64,000 bases of DNA from an uncultured Bacilli bacterium (GCA_949505625.1 CATBQD010000001.1:74770-138769); one strand, 5' to 3'. Shown: positions 45,992 through 55,096, counted from the first letter of the stretch. Made by a program: numbers and translations. Notes: generated from the letters alone by a model not told the origin.

Positions 45992-47297
45992 ATTAAATAG
46001 AAGATTAGCGGCTATGGTTTTAACTGGAGGGATTATATTAACATCTTTAACAGGATGTGGAGATCAAACCATTCGAATTCAGGAGTTAGAAGAACAAGTA
46101 GAAACTCTACAACAAGAGTTAGAAGAGTTAAAAGAACAATATGGGGTAGAAGATTCAGTTGTAATAGAATCAACACAAACCATTGCATCAGTTGAAAACA
46201 ATCAAGTAAAAGAAAATGAGAATACAACTAATCAATCGCAAGAAGAAATGACAGACGTAAATCAATATGATGACTATTATATTTCAATGAAGAATGTAAT
46301 TGCTCTTCAAAATGAGGGAAGAACATTATTTGTTTCCTATGAAAATTTAGAGGATAATTATGTAACCGACATATTTACAAAAGCTGTTTATCCATTTAGT
46401 TATACAAGTAAGTATGCAGCAAATGTAAAACAATTAGAACGATATAAAGTTTATATTTATGGAGAACAATATACACAAAGAAGCATTGGCGAGGTTGTAC
46501 CAGAATTGATTAGTAGAACAACAGAAAATGTACCAGCATCAATTTTAAAAGAAGCATATTTTAAAATAAATGGAAATGCGACAATTACAAGTACAGATAA
46601 TGATATAATTGATGTTACAAAGGTGTTCATCTTAAAAAATTCAGAACAAGTATTATTTGTTTCTTATGAAAATTTAGGAGATAATTATGTAACTGATATA
46701 TTTACAAAAGCAATTTATCCATTTAGTTATACGAGTAAGTATGCAGAAAATATAAAACAATTAGGACACTATAAAGTTTATATTTATGGTCAAGTATATG
46801 CAGCATGTCCACTATCAGTAAGCCCAGATATTATTGCCAATGTAAAAGAAGGAAAATTATCAGAAGGATTGTTAAGAAATCTGTTTATAGAATTAAATAA
46901 CGTAGATGGAGAAAAACAAACAAATGGATCTCAAGAACTAATACCTGTTAATAAAGTAATTGTTTTCAAAAGCGATGATTTGACATTATTTGTAAAATAT
47001 AAAAATTTAGAAGATGGTTATGTGGAAGATATATTTACAGGAACAAAATATGAATTTTGTGATAGTCGTTATGCAGAAAACATAAAGCAATTAGGGCGCT
47101 ATCGTGTCAAAATTTTAAATGAAACATACTTAGCATCACCACTTGTATTTGAACCATTAATAGTAGCAAATGCTGAAAATAATCAAGTATCTAGAGAAAT
47201 TCTTTATGAAGCATTCTTGTTTGCAAATGGAATGAGTAAAGAAGAAGTAGAATCATCAAAGCAAATGCTTCTTACAAAGGAGGAAAAGAATGGATAA
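45978..47297 (+). CDS. lipoprotein with N-terminal coiled coil and three ~110-aa repeats
   Basis: Lipobox LTSLTG|C after a basic N-terminus, with a GGAGG RBS. It has the coiled coil QELEEQVETLQQELEELKEQ and three repeats centred on LFV(S/K)Y(E/K)NL(E/G)D(N/G)YV(T/E)DIFT. Confidence 0.7.
   Translation: MKNFRLNRRLAAMVLTGGIILTSLTGCGDQTIRIQELEEQVETLQQELEELKEQYGVEDSVVIESTQTIASVENNQVKENENTTNQSQEEMTDVNQYDDYYISMKNVIALQNEGRTLFVSYENLEDNYVTDIFTKAVYPFSYTSKYAANVKQLERYKVYIYGEQYTQRSIGEVVPELISRTTENVPASILKEAYFKINGNATITSTDNDIIDVTKVFILKNSEQVLFVSYENLGDNYVTDIFTKAIYPFSYTSKYAENIKQLGHYKVYIYGQVYAACPLSVSPDIIANVKEGKLSEGLLRNLFIELNNVDGEKQTNGSQELIPVNKVIVFKSDDLTLFVKYKNLEDGYVEDIFTGTKYEFCDSRYAENIKQLGRYRVKILNETYLASPLVFEPLIVANAENNQVSREILYEAFLFANGMSKEEVESSKQMLLTKEEKNG
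46326..47129 (+). repeat. in-frame triplicated module inside the lipoprotein gene
   Basis: The core units are 46326-46469, 46653-46796 and 46986-47129, giving periods of 327 and 333 nt. Units 1 and 2 are nearly identical at the DNA level, and unit 3 is more diverged. Confidence 0.85.
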
Positions 47298-47409
47298 TAA
47301 AATTAGTACTAGCATTCAATACCAATTAACCAATGTGAAATTATTTAATGAAATATTTTATAATTGGAAAAACTTTAATGAGCAATTAAATAAAGGTCCG
47401 AAAAAATGA
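47290..47409 (+). CDS. candidate 39-aa sORF (MDNKISTSIQYQLTNVKLFNEIFYNWKNFNEQLNKGPKK)
   Basis: The ATG lies 8 nt after GGAGG and overlaps the lipoprotein stop. Its TGA forms an ATGA overlap with the next gene. It is below the ORF-track length cut-off. Confidence 0.4.
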   Translation: MDNKISTSIQYQLTNVKLFNEIFYNWKNFNEQLNKGPKK

Positions 47410-47816
47410 AATATTATTTACTAGAAGAATGGAATAAACTGAAAGAAGAGTTAAAAGATAATGAAGGAATTGTTTTAAAAGATATTGATAAAATTGTAAC
47501 AGAAAATGATTTTAATATTACAATGAATCAAGCAAAAGATGGAAGCTTTGTATTTTACTTTACATTTCCAAATTATGATGATACAGATGCCGCAAGTAAA
47601 TTTGTCGCATTAGCACTCACGCCCCAGAAACCAAGATATTTTACACTTGAATATTCAGAAAGTATTATAACAAAAGAAAAACAATTCATAGTAGGAGAAT
47701 TTCTGGTAGAAAATGGAAAAAGAGTACACCGAAATTATGGTCCTTTAAAAAGCGATAAAATAGAAATATTTTCAGGATTTGTATTAGATTTGATTGAAAA
47801 TGTTCAAAAAAAATAG
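47406..47816 (+). CDS. hypothetical protein
   Basis: 136-aa soluble ORF, last in the coupled truB-downstream cluster. I recognise no family. Confidence 0.5.
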   Translation: MKYYLLEEWNKLKEELKDNEGIVLKDIDKIVTENDFNITMNQAKDGSFVFYFTFPNYDDTDAASKFVALALTPQKPRYFTLEYSESIITKEKQFIVGEFLVENGKRVHRNYGPLKSDKIEIFSGFVLDLIENVQKK

Positions 47817-47823
47817 AAAATAA

Positions 47824-47852
47824 TTGCATATTTATCTATTATCGTGTATAGT
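47824..47852 (+). promoter_or_regulatory. sigma-A type promoter of rpsO
   Basis: TTGCAT-N17-TATAGT with TGT (extended -10). An ~80-nt leader precedes rpsO. Confidence 0.6.
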
Positions 47853-47935
47853 ATTAGTAGTACTTAGACGTGGATTTAAGAATTTCCGACTTATTTCTAG
47901 GTTTAAGCGAATATAAAAAAGGAAGGAGAATGAAC

Positions 47936-48205
47936 ATGGCTTTAGCAAAAACAACAAAAGCTGAGATTATTAAGAAGTATGCTAAGAACCCAAAAGACAC
48001 TGGTTCTAGTGAGGTTCAAATAGCAATTCTTACTGAAGAAATCAAAGTTTTAACAGACCATTTAAAAGAACATCCACATGATTTCCATTCTAGAAGAGGA
48101 CTACTAAAAAAAGTAGGACAAAGAAGAAGTCTATTAAATTACTTAATTAAGACTGATGTAACTAGATATCGTGAAATCGTTAAGAGTTTAGGATTAAGAA
48201 AATAG
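47936..48205 (+). CDS. rpsO: 30S ribosomal protein S15
   Basis: [50 protein letters not shown] is S15. The start is trimmed to the ATG after GGAAGGAG. Confidence 0.97.
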   Translation: MALAKTTKAEIIKKYAKNPKDTGSSEVQIAILTEEIKVLTDHLKEHPHDFHSRRGLLKKVGQRRSLLNYLIKTDVTRYREIVKSLGLRK

Positions 48206-48217
48206 AAAAATATAAGT

Positions 48218-48245
48218 AGGCACTCTTTTTTGAGTGTCTTTATTG
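48218..48245 (+). terminator. rpsO terminator / pnp leader hairpin
   Basis: AGGCACTC-TTTTTT-GAGTGTCT followed by TTTATT, located 16 nt before the pnp ATG region. Confidence 0.6.
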
Positions 48246-48260
48246 TTTAAGGAGGTAAAC

Positions 48261-50390
48261 ATGAAAAAAGTATTTGAGTTAGATTTTAGAGGAAGAAAAT
48301 TAGTAGTAGAGCATGGTGAATTAGCCAAACAAGCAAATGGAGCTGTCTTAGTAAGATATGGAGATACTGTTGTGTTATCTACTGTAGTTGTATCTAAAAA
48401 TGCCAATATTTTATCAGACTTTTTCCCACTTATGGTTTTATATCAGGAAAAATTATATTCAGTTGGAAAAATTCCTGGAGGATTTATCAAAAGAGAAGGA
48501 AGACCTACAGAGAATGCTACATTGGCAGCCCGTATGATTGATAGACCAATGCGTCCTTTATTTCCAGAAAACTTTAGAAATGAAGTACAAATTGTAAATA
48601 CCATTCTTTCTGTTGATCAAGATAATAGTCCAGAAATGACTGCTATGTTTGGCTCATCACTTGCAACGTCTATATCAAAGATTCCATTTGATGGTCCAAT
48701 TGCTGGTGTAAAAGTTGGAAGAATCAATGGAGAATTTGTGATTAATCCAACAAAAGAACAATCTGAAATTTCAGATATTGACCTTACTGTAGCTGGAACT
48801 AAAACTGCAATTAACATGGTAGAATCAAGTGCTTCAGAAGCTAGTGAAGAAGATATGTTAGAAGCATTAATGTTTGGTCATGAAGCAATCAAAGAATTGA
48901 TTGAATTTGAAGAAAAGATTATTGCTGAAATTGGAGAAGAAAAAATGGAATATGAAGTGTTAGATATTCCAGAAACTTTCAAACAAGAAATTAAAGCTTT
49001 AGTAGGTGAAGAATTAAATAAAGCATTTCATATCAAAGATAAATTAGAAAGCTATGCAGCAATTGATAAAATAAAAGAAGAAGTCGTTTCAAAATATGAA
49101 GAAGAAAATCATACATTAGAAGATTCAGAACTAAAAGAATTATTAACCAAAGTAAAATTGGTATTAGAGGAAATAGAATATGAGATTTTTAGAAATATTG
49201 TAGTAAAAGAAAAAGTAAGAGCTGATGGAAGAGCAATGGATGAAATTAGACCTCTATCAACAGATATTGATTTACTTCCTAGAACTCATGGTTCAGCTTT
49301 ATTTACACGTGGACAAACACAGGCTTTATCAGTTGTTACTTTAGGAGCATTAGGGGAACATCAAATTTTAGATGGACTTAGTATTGAAGATGAAAAAAGA
49401 TTTATGTTACACTACAATTTTCCACAATTTAGTGTTGGAGAAACAGGTAGATATGGAGCCCCTGGAAGAAGAGAAGTTGGTCATGGAGCATTAGGAGAAA
49501 AAGCCTTATCAAGAGTAATTCCTAGCGAAGAAGAATTTCCATATACCATTCGTGTTGTATCAGAAATCTTAGAAAGTAATGGTTCTTCTTCACAAGCAAG
49601 TATTTGTGCAGGTTGTATGGCATTAATGGCAGCAGGTGTACCAATCAAAGCTCCTGTAGCAGGAATCGCAATGGGTCTTATTACAAATGGAGATGATTAT
49701 ACAATTTTAACAGACATTCAAGGAATGGAAGACCATTTAGGAGATATGGACTTTAAAGTAGCAGGAACAAAAGATGGAATTTGTGCATTACAAATGGATA
49801 TTAAAATTAAAGGTATTACCAAAGAAATATTAAAAGAAGCTTTAGCGCAAGCGAAAAAAGCTAGAATGCAAATACTAGATGTCATCAAAGAACAAATTGC
49901 TGAGCCTCGTAAAGAAGTTAGTAAATATGCACCTAAAACAATGACATTTATGATTAATCCAAATAAGATTAAAGATGTTATTGGAAAAGGTGGAGAAATG
50001 ATTACAAAAATCATATTGGAAGCCAGTCATGTAAATGCAGTAACTGATGTAAATGCTGTAAAAGTAGACTTAGAAGATGATGGAAGAGTCATTATTTATC
50101 ATAGTGACCAAGAAATTATTGATACAACTGCAAATATGATTAAAGACATTGTAAGAGAAGTGGAAGAAGGAGAAATTTATACAGGAAAAGTAGTTAAAGT
50201 AGAAGATTTTGGATGTTTTGTAGAACTTTGGCCTGGATGTGAAGGACTTGTTCATGTTTCTCATTTAGCGAAAGAACGTGTAGAAAAACCAAGTGACATC
50301 GTAAAAGTTGGAGATGAAATTGTAGTAAAATCTCTAGGATATGATAAAAAAGGAAGATTAAATCTTTCTAGAAAAGAAGCTATGAAATAA
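48261..50390 (+). CDS. pnp: polyribonucleotide nucleotidyltransferase (PNPase)
   Basis: Two RNase PH domains (including GDMDFKVAG) plus C-terminal KH and S1 domains ([20 protein letters not shown]). The start is at the ATG after AAGGAGG. Confidence 0.97.
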   Translation: MKKVFELDFRGRKLVVEHGELAKQANGAVLVRYGDTVVLSTVVVSKNANILSDFFPLMVLYQEKLYSVGKIPGGFIKREGRPTENATLAARMIDRPMRPLFPENFRNEVQIVNTILSVDQDNSPEMTAMFGSSLATSISKIPFDGPIAGVKVGRINGEFVINPTKEQSEISDIDLTVAGTKTAINMVESSASEASEEDMLEALMFGHEAIKELIEFEEKIIAEIGEEKMEYEVLDIPETFKQEIKALVGEELNKAFHIKDKLESYAAIDKIKEEVVSKYEEENHTLEDSELKELLTKVKLVLEEIEYEIFRNIVVKEKVRADGRAMDEIRPLSTDIDLLPRTHGSALFTRGQTQALSVVTLGALGEHQILDGLSIEDEKRFMLHYNFPQFSVGETGRYGAPGRREVGHGALGEKALSRVIPSEEEFPYTIRVVSEILESNGSSSQASICAGCMALMAAGVPIKAPVAGIAMGLITNGDDYTILTDIQGMEDHLGDMDFKVAGTKDGICALQMDIKIKGITKEILKEALAQAKKARMQILDVIKEQIAEPRKEVSKYAPKTMTFMINPNKIKDVIGKGGEMITKIILEASHVNAVTDVNAVKVDLEDDGRVIIYHSDQEIIDTTANMIKDIVREVEEGEIYTGKVVKVEDFGCFVELWPGCEGLVHVSHLAKERVEKPSDIVKVGDEIVVKSLGYDKKGRLNLSRKEAMK

Positions 50391-51085
50391 TGGATGTTAC
50401 AGACAAATTAGTAATAGAAATCTGCAATTATATTTATGAGCATGGTGAATATCCACCAAGAGGAGTCATTTCAAGTGAAGGAAAAGATTTAGGGAGAGCT
50501 TTAACAAGATTTCGAGTTGGGGAAACAAAATTAACCAATGAACAGATAGAATTTTTAGGAAAAGCGGATAAGTTTTTAAGTAGAACAGAAAAAAATATTC
50601 AAGAATTAGAAGCATACTATCAAGTTCATGGATGTCTTCCACTAGGTGATGAACATGTAAGATTAAGAGAAGTAATGGGAAGCTATAAAAGTGGGCAAGT
50701 ACCAATTACAAAAGAACAATACCAAAGATTAGAAGCAATCGGTGTATTTTTGAGTAATACAGAACGAATGGTTCAAGCAATAGAATCATATTGTGACAAA
50801 TTTCATAAGGCACCTACAAGAGGAAAGAAAAGTCCAGAGGGTTATGATATGGGAAATGCTATAATTGGTTATCGAAGTGGTAAGAGACAGCTTACTTTAG
50901 AACAAAAACAAAGGCTAGAGAGAATAGGAATTTCACTTCCAAATGCAAGCCTTAAAGAAGATGCGATAGTTTCTATAAGACAGATAGAGAAAAAAGAAAC
51001 TTTATCAGACAAAATAGAAAAGTTGAAAGCAGAAAAAGAAAGTTTAATTAGTACAGCAGAAGAAAAAGGAATTACAAAATTGTAA
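50390..51085 (+). CDS. protein with three helicase-associated (HA)-like repeats and C-terminal coiled coil
   Basis: It has three ~60-aa repeats, G(E/C/K)xP..G......G.A....R.G...LT.EQ...LE..G..L, and a TAATG junction with pnp. Confidence 0.55.
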   Translation: MDVTDKLVIEICNYIYEHGEYPPRGVISSEGKDLGRALTRFRVGETKLTNEQIEFLGKADKFLSRTEKNIQELEAYYQVHGCLPLGDEHVRLREVMGSYKSGQVPITKEQYQRLEAIGVFLSNTERMVQAIESYCDKFHKAPTRGKKSPEGYDMGNAIIGYRSGKRQLTLEQKQRLERIGISLPNASLKEDAIVSIRQIEKKETLSDKIEKLKAEKESLISTAEEKGITKL

Positions 51086-51124
51086 TTCTCTTTTTTGAAT
51101 GATATAATAAAATCGGTGGTAATT

Positions 51125-51526
51125 ATGAAAAAAGACCTATTGATAACATTATTACTAGCAATTACTTTAGTGGTTGGAGTTACCATTTTAAATAATGAAA
51201 AAGTGGAAAAAGAAGAACCTTATTTTTTTATTGATACTCCAATTGATTCATATAGTCCACTTATGAGTAATGTAAAAGGATTTCCGTTTTCTGTAAAATG
51301 TAATAATGAGCAAACTATAATTATAGAAATAACAAGTGGAATTTTACAAGATGAAAATGGGGTATTAAAAGAAAATAAAGTTTCATGTAATAAAACTATA
51401 TATTGGAATGAGAAAGAAGCAGTTAGTCAAGTAAAAATAAAGTTTATTTCTACTGATGAAGTATCAAAAAAACAGGAATTCATGTTATTAAAAAATGAGA
51501 ATCAAGAATTTTATCTATCGAGATAA
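51125..51526 (+). CDS. hypothetical membrane-anchored/secreted protein
   Basis: MKKDLLITLLLAITLVVGVTIL is a signal or anchor sequence. The start is at the ATG 5 nt after GGTGG. Confidence 0.5.
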   Translation: MKKDLLITLLLAITLVVGVTILNNEKVEKEEPYFFIDTPIDSYSPLMSNVKGFPFSVKCNNEQTIIIEITSGILQDENGVLKENKVSCNKTIYWNEKEAVSQVKIKFISTDEVSKKQEFMLLKNENQEFYLSR

Positions 51527-51620
51527 AGTGTAAACTTTAAAAAAAATATAGAAATTTACTTATTTTTTGACATTTTTAGTGTACAATAAATATAGTAGGG
51601 AAAAGTGAGGAGTGAAGTAA

Positions 51621-51767
51621 GTGAAAAATGTACTTGCAGTCATTGGGACTATTATTATAGTGGGACTTTGTGCATATGGAATTTATAAGCAAGTCGACGA
51701 TTTTAATAAGAAAAATGAAGAAAAAGGGATCTCTTATATAGAAAAGTCAGAAACTGTAATATTTTAA
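51621..51767 (+). CDS. candidate 48-aa single-TM sORF
   Basis: The GTG start lies 8 nt after GAGGAG. The sequence VKNVLAVIGTIIIVGLCAYGIY is followed by a charged tail. It is preceded by TTGACA-N18-TATAGT and followed by a hairpin. It is below the ORF-track cut-off. Confidence 0.4.
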   Translation: MKNVLAVIGTIIIVGLCAYGIYKQVDDFNKKNEEKGISYIEKSETVIF

Positions 51768-51774
51768 AAAGAGC

Positions 51775-52143
51775 TTAATGCTCTTTTAATTTTTTATAAA
51801 TATTTTCTACTGGTAACAATTCTTGTCCTTCTTTATAATAAGGTTTTAGATGTAAATGGAAATGCTTTACTTCTTGGACCATTCCATTATTTTGAATTAA
51901 TGTAAGACCGTCTATTTCTAATTTTTCTTCTAATAAAGATTTCATCTTTTTTGTTATATCTAATATATGATTCCAAGTTTCAGATTCAATTTCAGTAATA
52001 TCTAAAACATGTTTTTTAGGTATTATTAATAAATGTCCATTGGAATCAGGATTGACATCTAAAAACACTTTAACAAATTCATCTTCATAGACTGTATAAG
52101 AAGGAATCTCATTATTTATAATTTTACAAAAAATACAATTCAT
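51775..52143 (-). CDS. HIT family nucleotide hydrolase
   Basis: CIFCKII..EIP and the histidine triad HFHLHLKP. The start is trimmed to the ATG after GGAGAGTGA. Confidence 0.9.
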   Translation of the reverse strand: MNCIFCKIINNEIPSYTVYEDEFVKVFLDVNPDSNGHLLIIPKKHVLDITEIESETWNHILDITKKMKSLLEEKLEIDGLTLIQNNGMVQEVKHFHLHLKPYYKEGQELLPVENIYKKLKEH

Positions 52144-52303
52144 TTTATCACTCTCCATAAATTATTATAAACAAAACAAAAAAAAGAGTAAACTCTTTTT
52201 CGTGAATATCTGCGAATATTCTAGTATTATTATGTTCATTTATAAAGGTTTTATACATTTACTAAACGGAAAATAAATGATAAAATAAAGATTAGGTGAT
52301 ATT

Positions 52304-53080
52304 ATGCACACATTAAAAATAGAACATTTAACAGTGGAAGTAGAGAACAAAATAATTTTGAAAGATTTTAATTTGGAAATCAAAAGTGGAGAGATACATG
52401 CAATTATGGGTCCAAATGGTACTGGAAAATCTACTTTATCAAAAGTCATTATGGGTTATCCAGGATACCACATTTTAGAAGGAACTATTACTTATGATGA
52501 CACAATTATGAATGATTTATCAGTAGATAAAAGAGCAAAACTAGGTCTTTTTTTAGGAATGCAAATGCCTCTTGAAATAGAAGGCGTTACAAATGCAGAC
52601 TTTCTTAGAAGTGCATTAAATGAAAAAGAAAAAGAGAACTTTCATTTAATGAAGTTTATTAAAAAATTAGATGCAACAGTAGAATCATTAGATATGGAAA
52701 AAGAAATGATTCATCGTGGTGTAAATGTAGGATTTTCAGGTGGAGAAAGAAAAAAGAATGAGATTTTACAAATGTATATGTTAGAACCAACATGTGTTCT
52801 TTTGGATGAAATAGATTCTGGACTTGATGTAGATAGTCTAAGAATTGTTGGAAATCATGTGATGAAATATTTTAAAAAAGAGGAACCTGCAGTTTTATTA
52901 ATTACTCATTATCAAAGATTATTAGAATATATAAAACCAACTCACATTCATGTTATGGTTGATGGAAGTATCGTAAAAAGTGGAGACTATGATTTGGTAA
53001 AAGAAATTGAAACGTTTGGATATGATAAATTTAAGAAAAATGGTACACATATTATAGAGGAAATGAAAACTCATGAATAA
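52304..53080 (+). CDS. sufC: Fe-S cluster assembly ATPase SufC
   Basis: L.I..L.V, Walker A GPNGTGKST, the signature-like FSGGERKK, and LLDEIDSGLD. Confidence 0.95.
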   Translation: MHTLKIEHLTVEVENKIILKDFNLEIKSGEIHAIMGPNGTGKSTLSKVIMGYPGYHILEGTITYDDTIMNDLSVDKRAKLGLFLGMQMPLEIEGVTNADFLRSALNEKEKENFHLMKFIKKLDATVESLDMEKEMIHRGVNVGFSGGERKKNEILQMYMLEPTCVLLDEIDSGLDVDSLRIVGNHVMKYFKKEEPAVLLITHYQRLLEYIKPTHIHVMVDGSIVKSGDYDLVKEIETFGYDKFKKNGTHIIEEMKTHE

Positions 53081-53876
53081 AATAAAAATAGAAAATGATA
53101 TTATTGTAGAAAGCAATCTGAATCAGAAAGTTCGTTTATCTTTTTTAGAGAAAAGCCAAGATTTTATGGTTAATAAAATCGTTATAGATTTATTAGAAGA
53201 TACAAATTTGGAAATAGAATACAATAATGAAAATGCTTTAAAACTAGACATTTTAATCAGAGTAGCAGAAGGTGTAACTGCAAAAGTACAAGAATTTAGA
53301 AATGGAAATTTGATGAAAATTCAATATCGTTATGAATTAGATAATCATAGTTTTTTAAATATTCAAAAGTTTCATCATATGAATGGAATGAAAGAATTAG
53401 ATACGATTTATTTAAATGGTCATAATTCTAAAATAGACTATACATTAAAGACCATTTCTAAAGTGAGAGAAAAATACGATATTACTGTTTATCATGAAGG
53501 AAAGAATACAGAGAGTATGATTCGAACGAATGGTGTAAACTTATTAGATGGAAGTTTGGATTTTCATATAACTGGAATTGTTCCAAATGGAAAAACAGGC
53601 GCAAAATTAGACCAAAAGAATAGAATTATTAATTTGAATAACCAAAAATGTAGTATTCACCCTAACTTATTTATTGATGAATATGATGTAGTTGCAAATC
53701 ATTCCGCTTGGATTGGAAAATTTAGAGAAGATGAACTATTTTATTTAGAAAGTAGAGGTCTTAGTGAAACATTAGCGATGAATTTACTCGTAAAAGGTTT
53801 TTTACTTTCTAATTTAGAACTTTCAAATAAAAGAAAAGAAGAACTTGTTAGTATCATTAATCAGTATTGGAGGTGA
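53073..53876 (+). CDS. sufD: SufB/SufD-family Fe-S assembly protein (short, 267 aa)
   Basis: The C-terminal HSAWIGKFREDELFYLESRGLSETLAMNLLVKGF matches the SufBD signature. It overlaps the sufC end. Confidence 0.7.
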   Translation: MNKIKIENDIIVESNLNQKVRLSFLEKSQDFMVNKIVIDLLEDTNLEIEYNNENALKLDILIRVAEGVTAKVQEFRNGNLMKIQYRYELDNHSFLNIQKFHHMNGMKELDTIYLNGHNSKIDYTLKTISKVREKYDITVYHEGKNTESMIRTNGVNLLDGSLDFHITGIVPNGKTGAKLDQKNRIINLNNQKCSIHPNLFIDEYDVVANHSAWIGKFREDELFYLESRGLSETLAMNLLVKGFLLSNLELSNKRKEELVSIINQYWR

Positions 53877-53879
53877 TTT

Positions 53880-55073
53880 ATGAATAGAGAAGACTTTCAA
53901 ATGTTAGAAGAAAATATCACTTATTTTGATAATGGGGCAACGACTTTGAAACCTAAAATTCTAGGAGAAAGTATTAGTGAATATTATAATCATTATAGTG
54001 CGAATGCGCATAGAGGCGACTATGACATTAGCTTAAAAGTAGATGCTATGTATGAAAATACAAGAGATTTAGTACGTGAATTTATTGGTGCTAAAAAGAC
54101 TTCTGAAATTATATTTACAAGCGGTTCAACAGATTCTTTAAATAAAATTATATTTGGATATTTCAGAAATCATTTAAAATCTGGGGATGAAGTTTTAATT
54201 ACCAAATCAGAACATGCTTCTAATGTACTTCCTTGGTTTGAATTACAAGATGAAATTGGAATCAAAGTAAATTATATCCCATTAGATGAACATTTAGAAG
54301 TAACTTTAGAAAATGTAAAAAAGAGTATTAATGAACATACAAAAGTAATAAGTATTGCTCATGTTACCAATGTAGCAGGAGATATAAGACCATTAAAAGA
54401 AATTATAGAATATGCTCATCAATTTGGGATTCTAGTCAATGTAGATGGAGCTCAAAGTGTTCCTCATATAAAAGTAAATGTAACAGAATTGGATGTTGAT
54501 TTTTTAAGTTTTTCTGCCCATAAAATGTGTGGCCCAACTGGAGTAGGTGTCATTTATGGAAAAGAAACATTATTAAAGGAAACTAAGCCAATTATATTTG
54601 GTGGAGGAATGAATGCTAGTTACTTACCAGATGGAACAAGGGTATATGATGAACTTCCAACATTGTTAGAAGCTGGAACTCCAAATATTGCAGGAGTTAT
54701 TGGTTTTGGAAAAGTACTAGAATATTTAAATAACATTGGTATGGATAAAATTGAAGAAAAAGAAAAAGAGTTAAAAAAATATGCATTAGAAAAATTAGCT
54801 GAAGTTCCTAATATGATTGTTTATAATGATTATACAGAAAGTGGTATTATTGCATTTAATATGAAAGATATTTTTGCTCAAGACTTAGCCATCTATCTAA
54901 ATAACTATGGAATTTGTGTAAGAGCTGGAAATCATTGCTCTAAAATATTAAAAGATGAAATTGGAATTAAAAATACTTGTCGTGCTAGTTTCTATTTTTA
55001 TAATACTAAGGAAGAAATTGATAGATTTATAGAAGTATTAAAAAATCCAAATATCAAAGCAGAAATTATATAG
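53880..55073 (+). CDS. sufS: cysteine desulfurase SufS (class V aminotransferase)
   Basis: YFDNGATT, the PLP lysine in FSAHKMCGPTG, and the catalytic Cys in RAGNHCS. Confidence 0.9.
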   Translation: MNREDFQMLEENITYFDNGATTLKPKILGESISEYYNHYSANAHRGDYDISLKVDAMYENTRDLVREFIGAKKTSEIIFTSGSTDSLNKIIFGYFRNHLKSGDEVLITKSEHASNVLPWFELQDEIGIKVNYIPLDEHLEVTLENVKKSINEHTKVISIAHVTNVAGDIRPLKEIIEYAHQFGILVNVDGAQSVPHIKVNVTELDVDFLSFSAHKMCGPTGVGVIYGKETLLKETKPIIFGGGMNASYLPDGTRVYDELPTLLEAGTPNIAGVIGFGKVLEYLNNIGMDKIEEKEKELKKYALEKLAEVPNMIVYNDYTESGIIAFNMKDIFAQDLAIYLNNYGICVRAGNHCSKILKDEIGIKNTCRASFYFYNTKEEIDRFIEVLKNPNIKAEII

Positions 55074-55096
55074 AGAAAGTAAAATTTCTCTTTTTT
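55072..55096 (+). terminator. intrinsic terminator after sufS
   Basis: AGAGAAA-GTAAAA-TTTCTCT followed by TTTTT. Confidence 0.7.

Noticed and set aside
52183-52200. A-run/hairpin/T-run (AAAGAGT-AA-ACTCTTT) between the divergent HIT gene and sufC, considered as a bidirectional terminator or attenuator.
   Set aside because: The stem is effectively 4-5 bp with a 2-4-nt loop, which is too weak to call.
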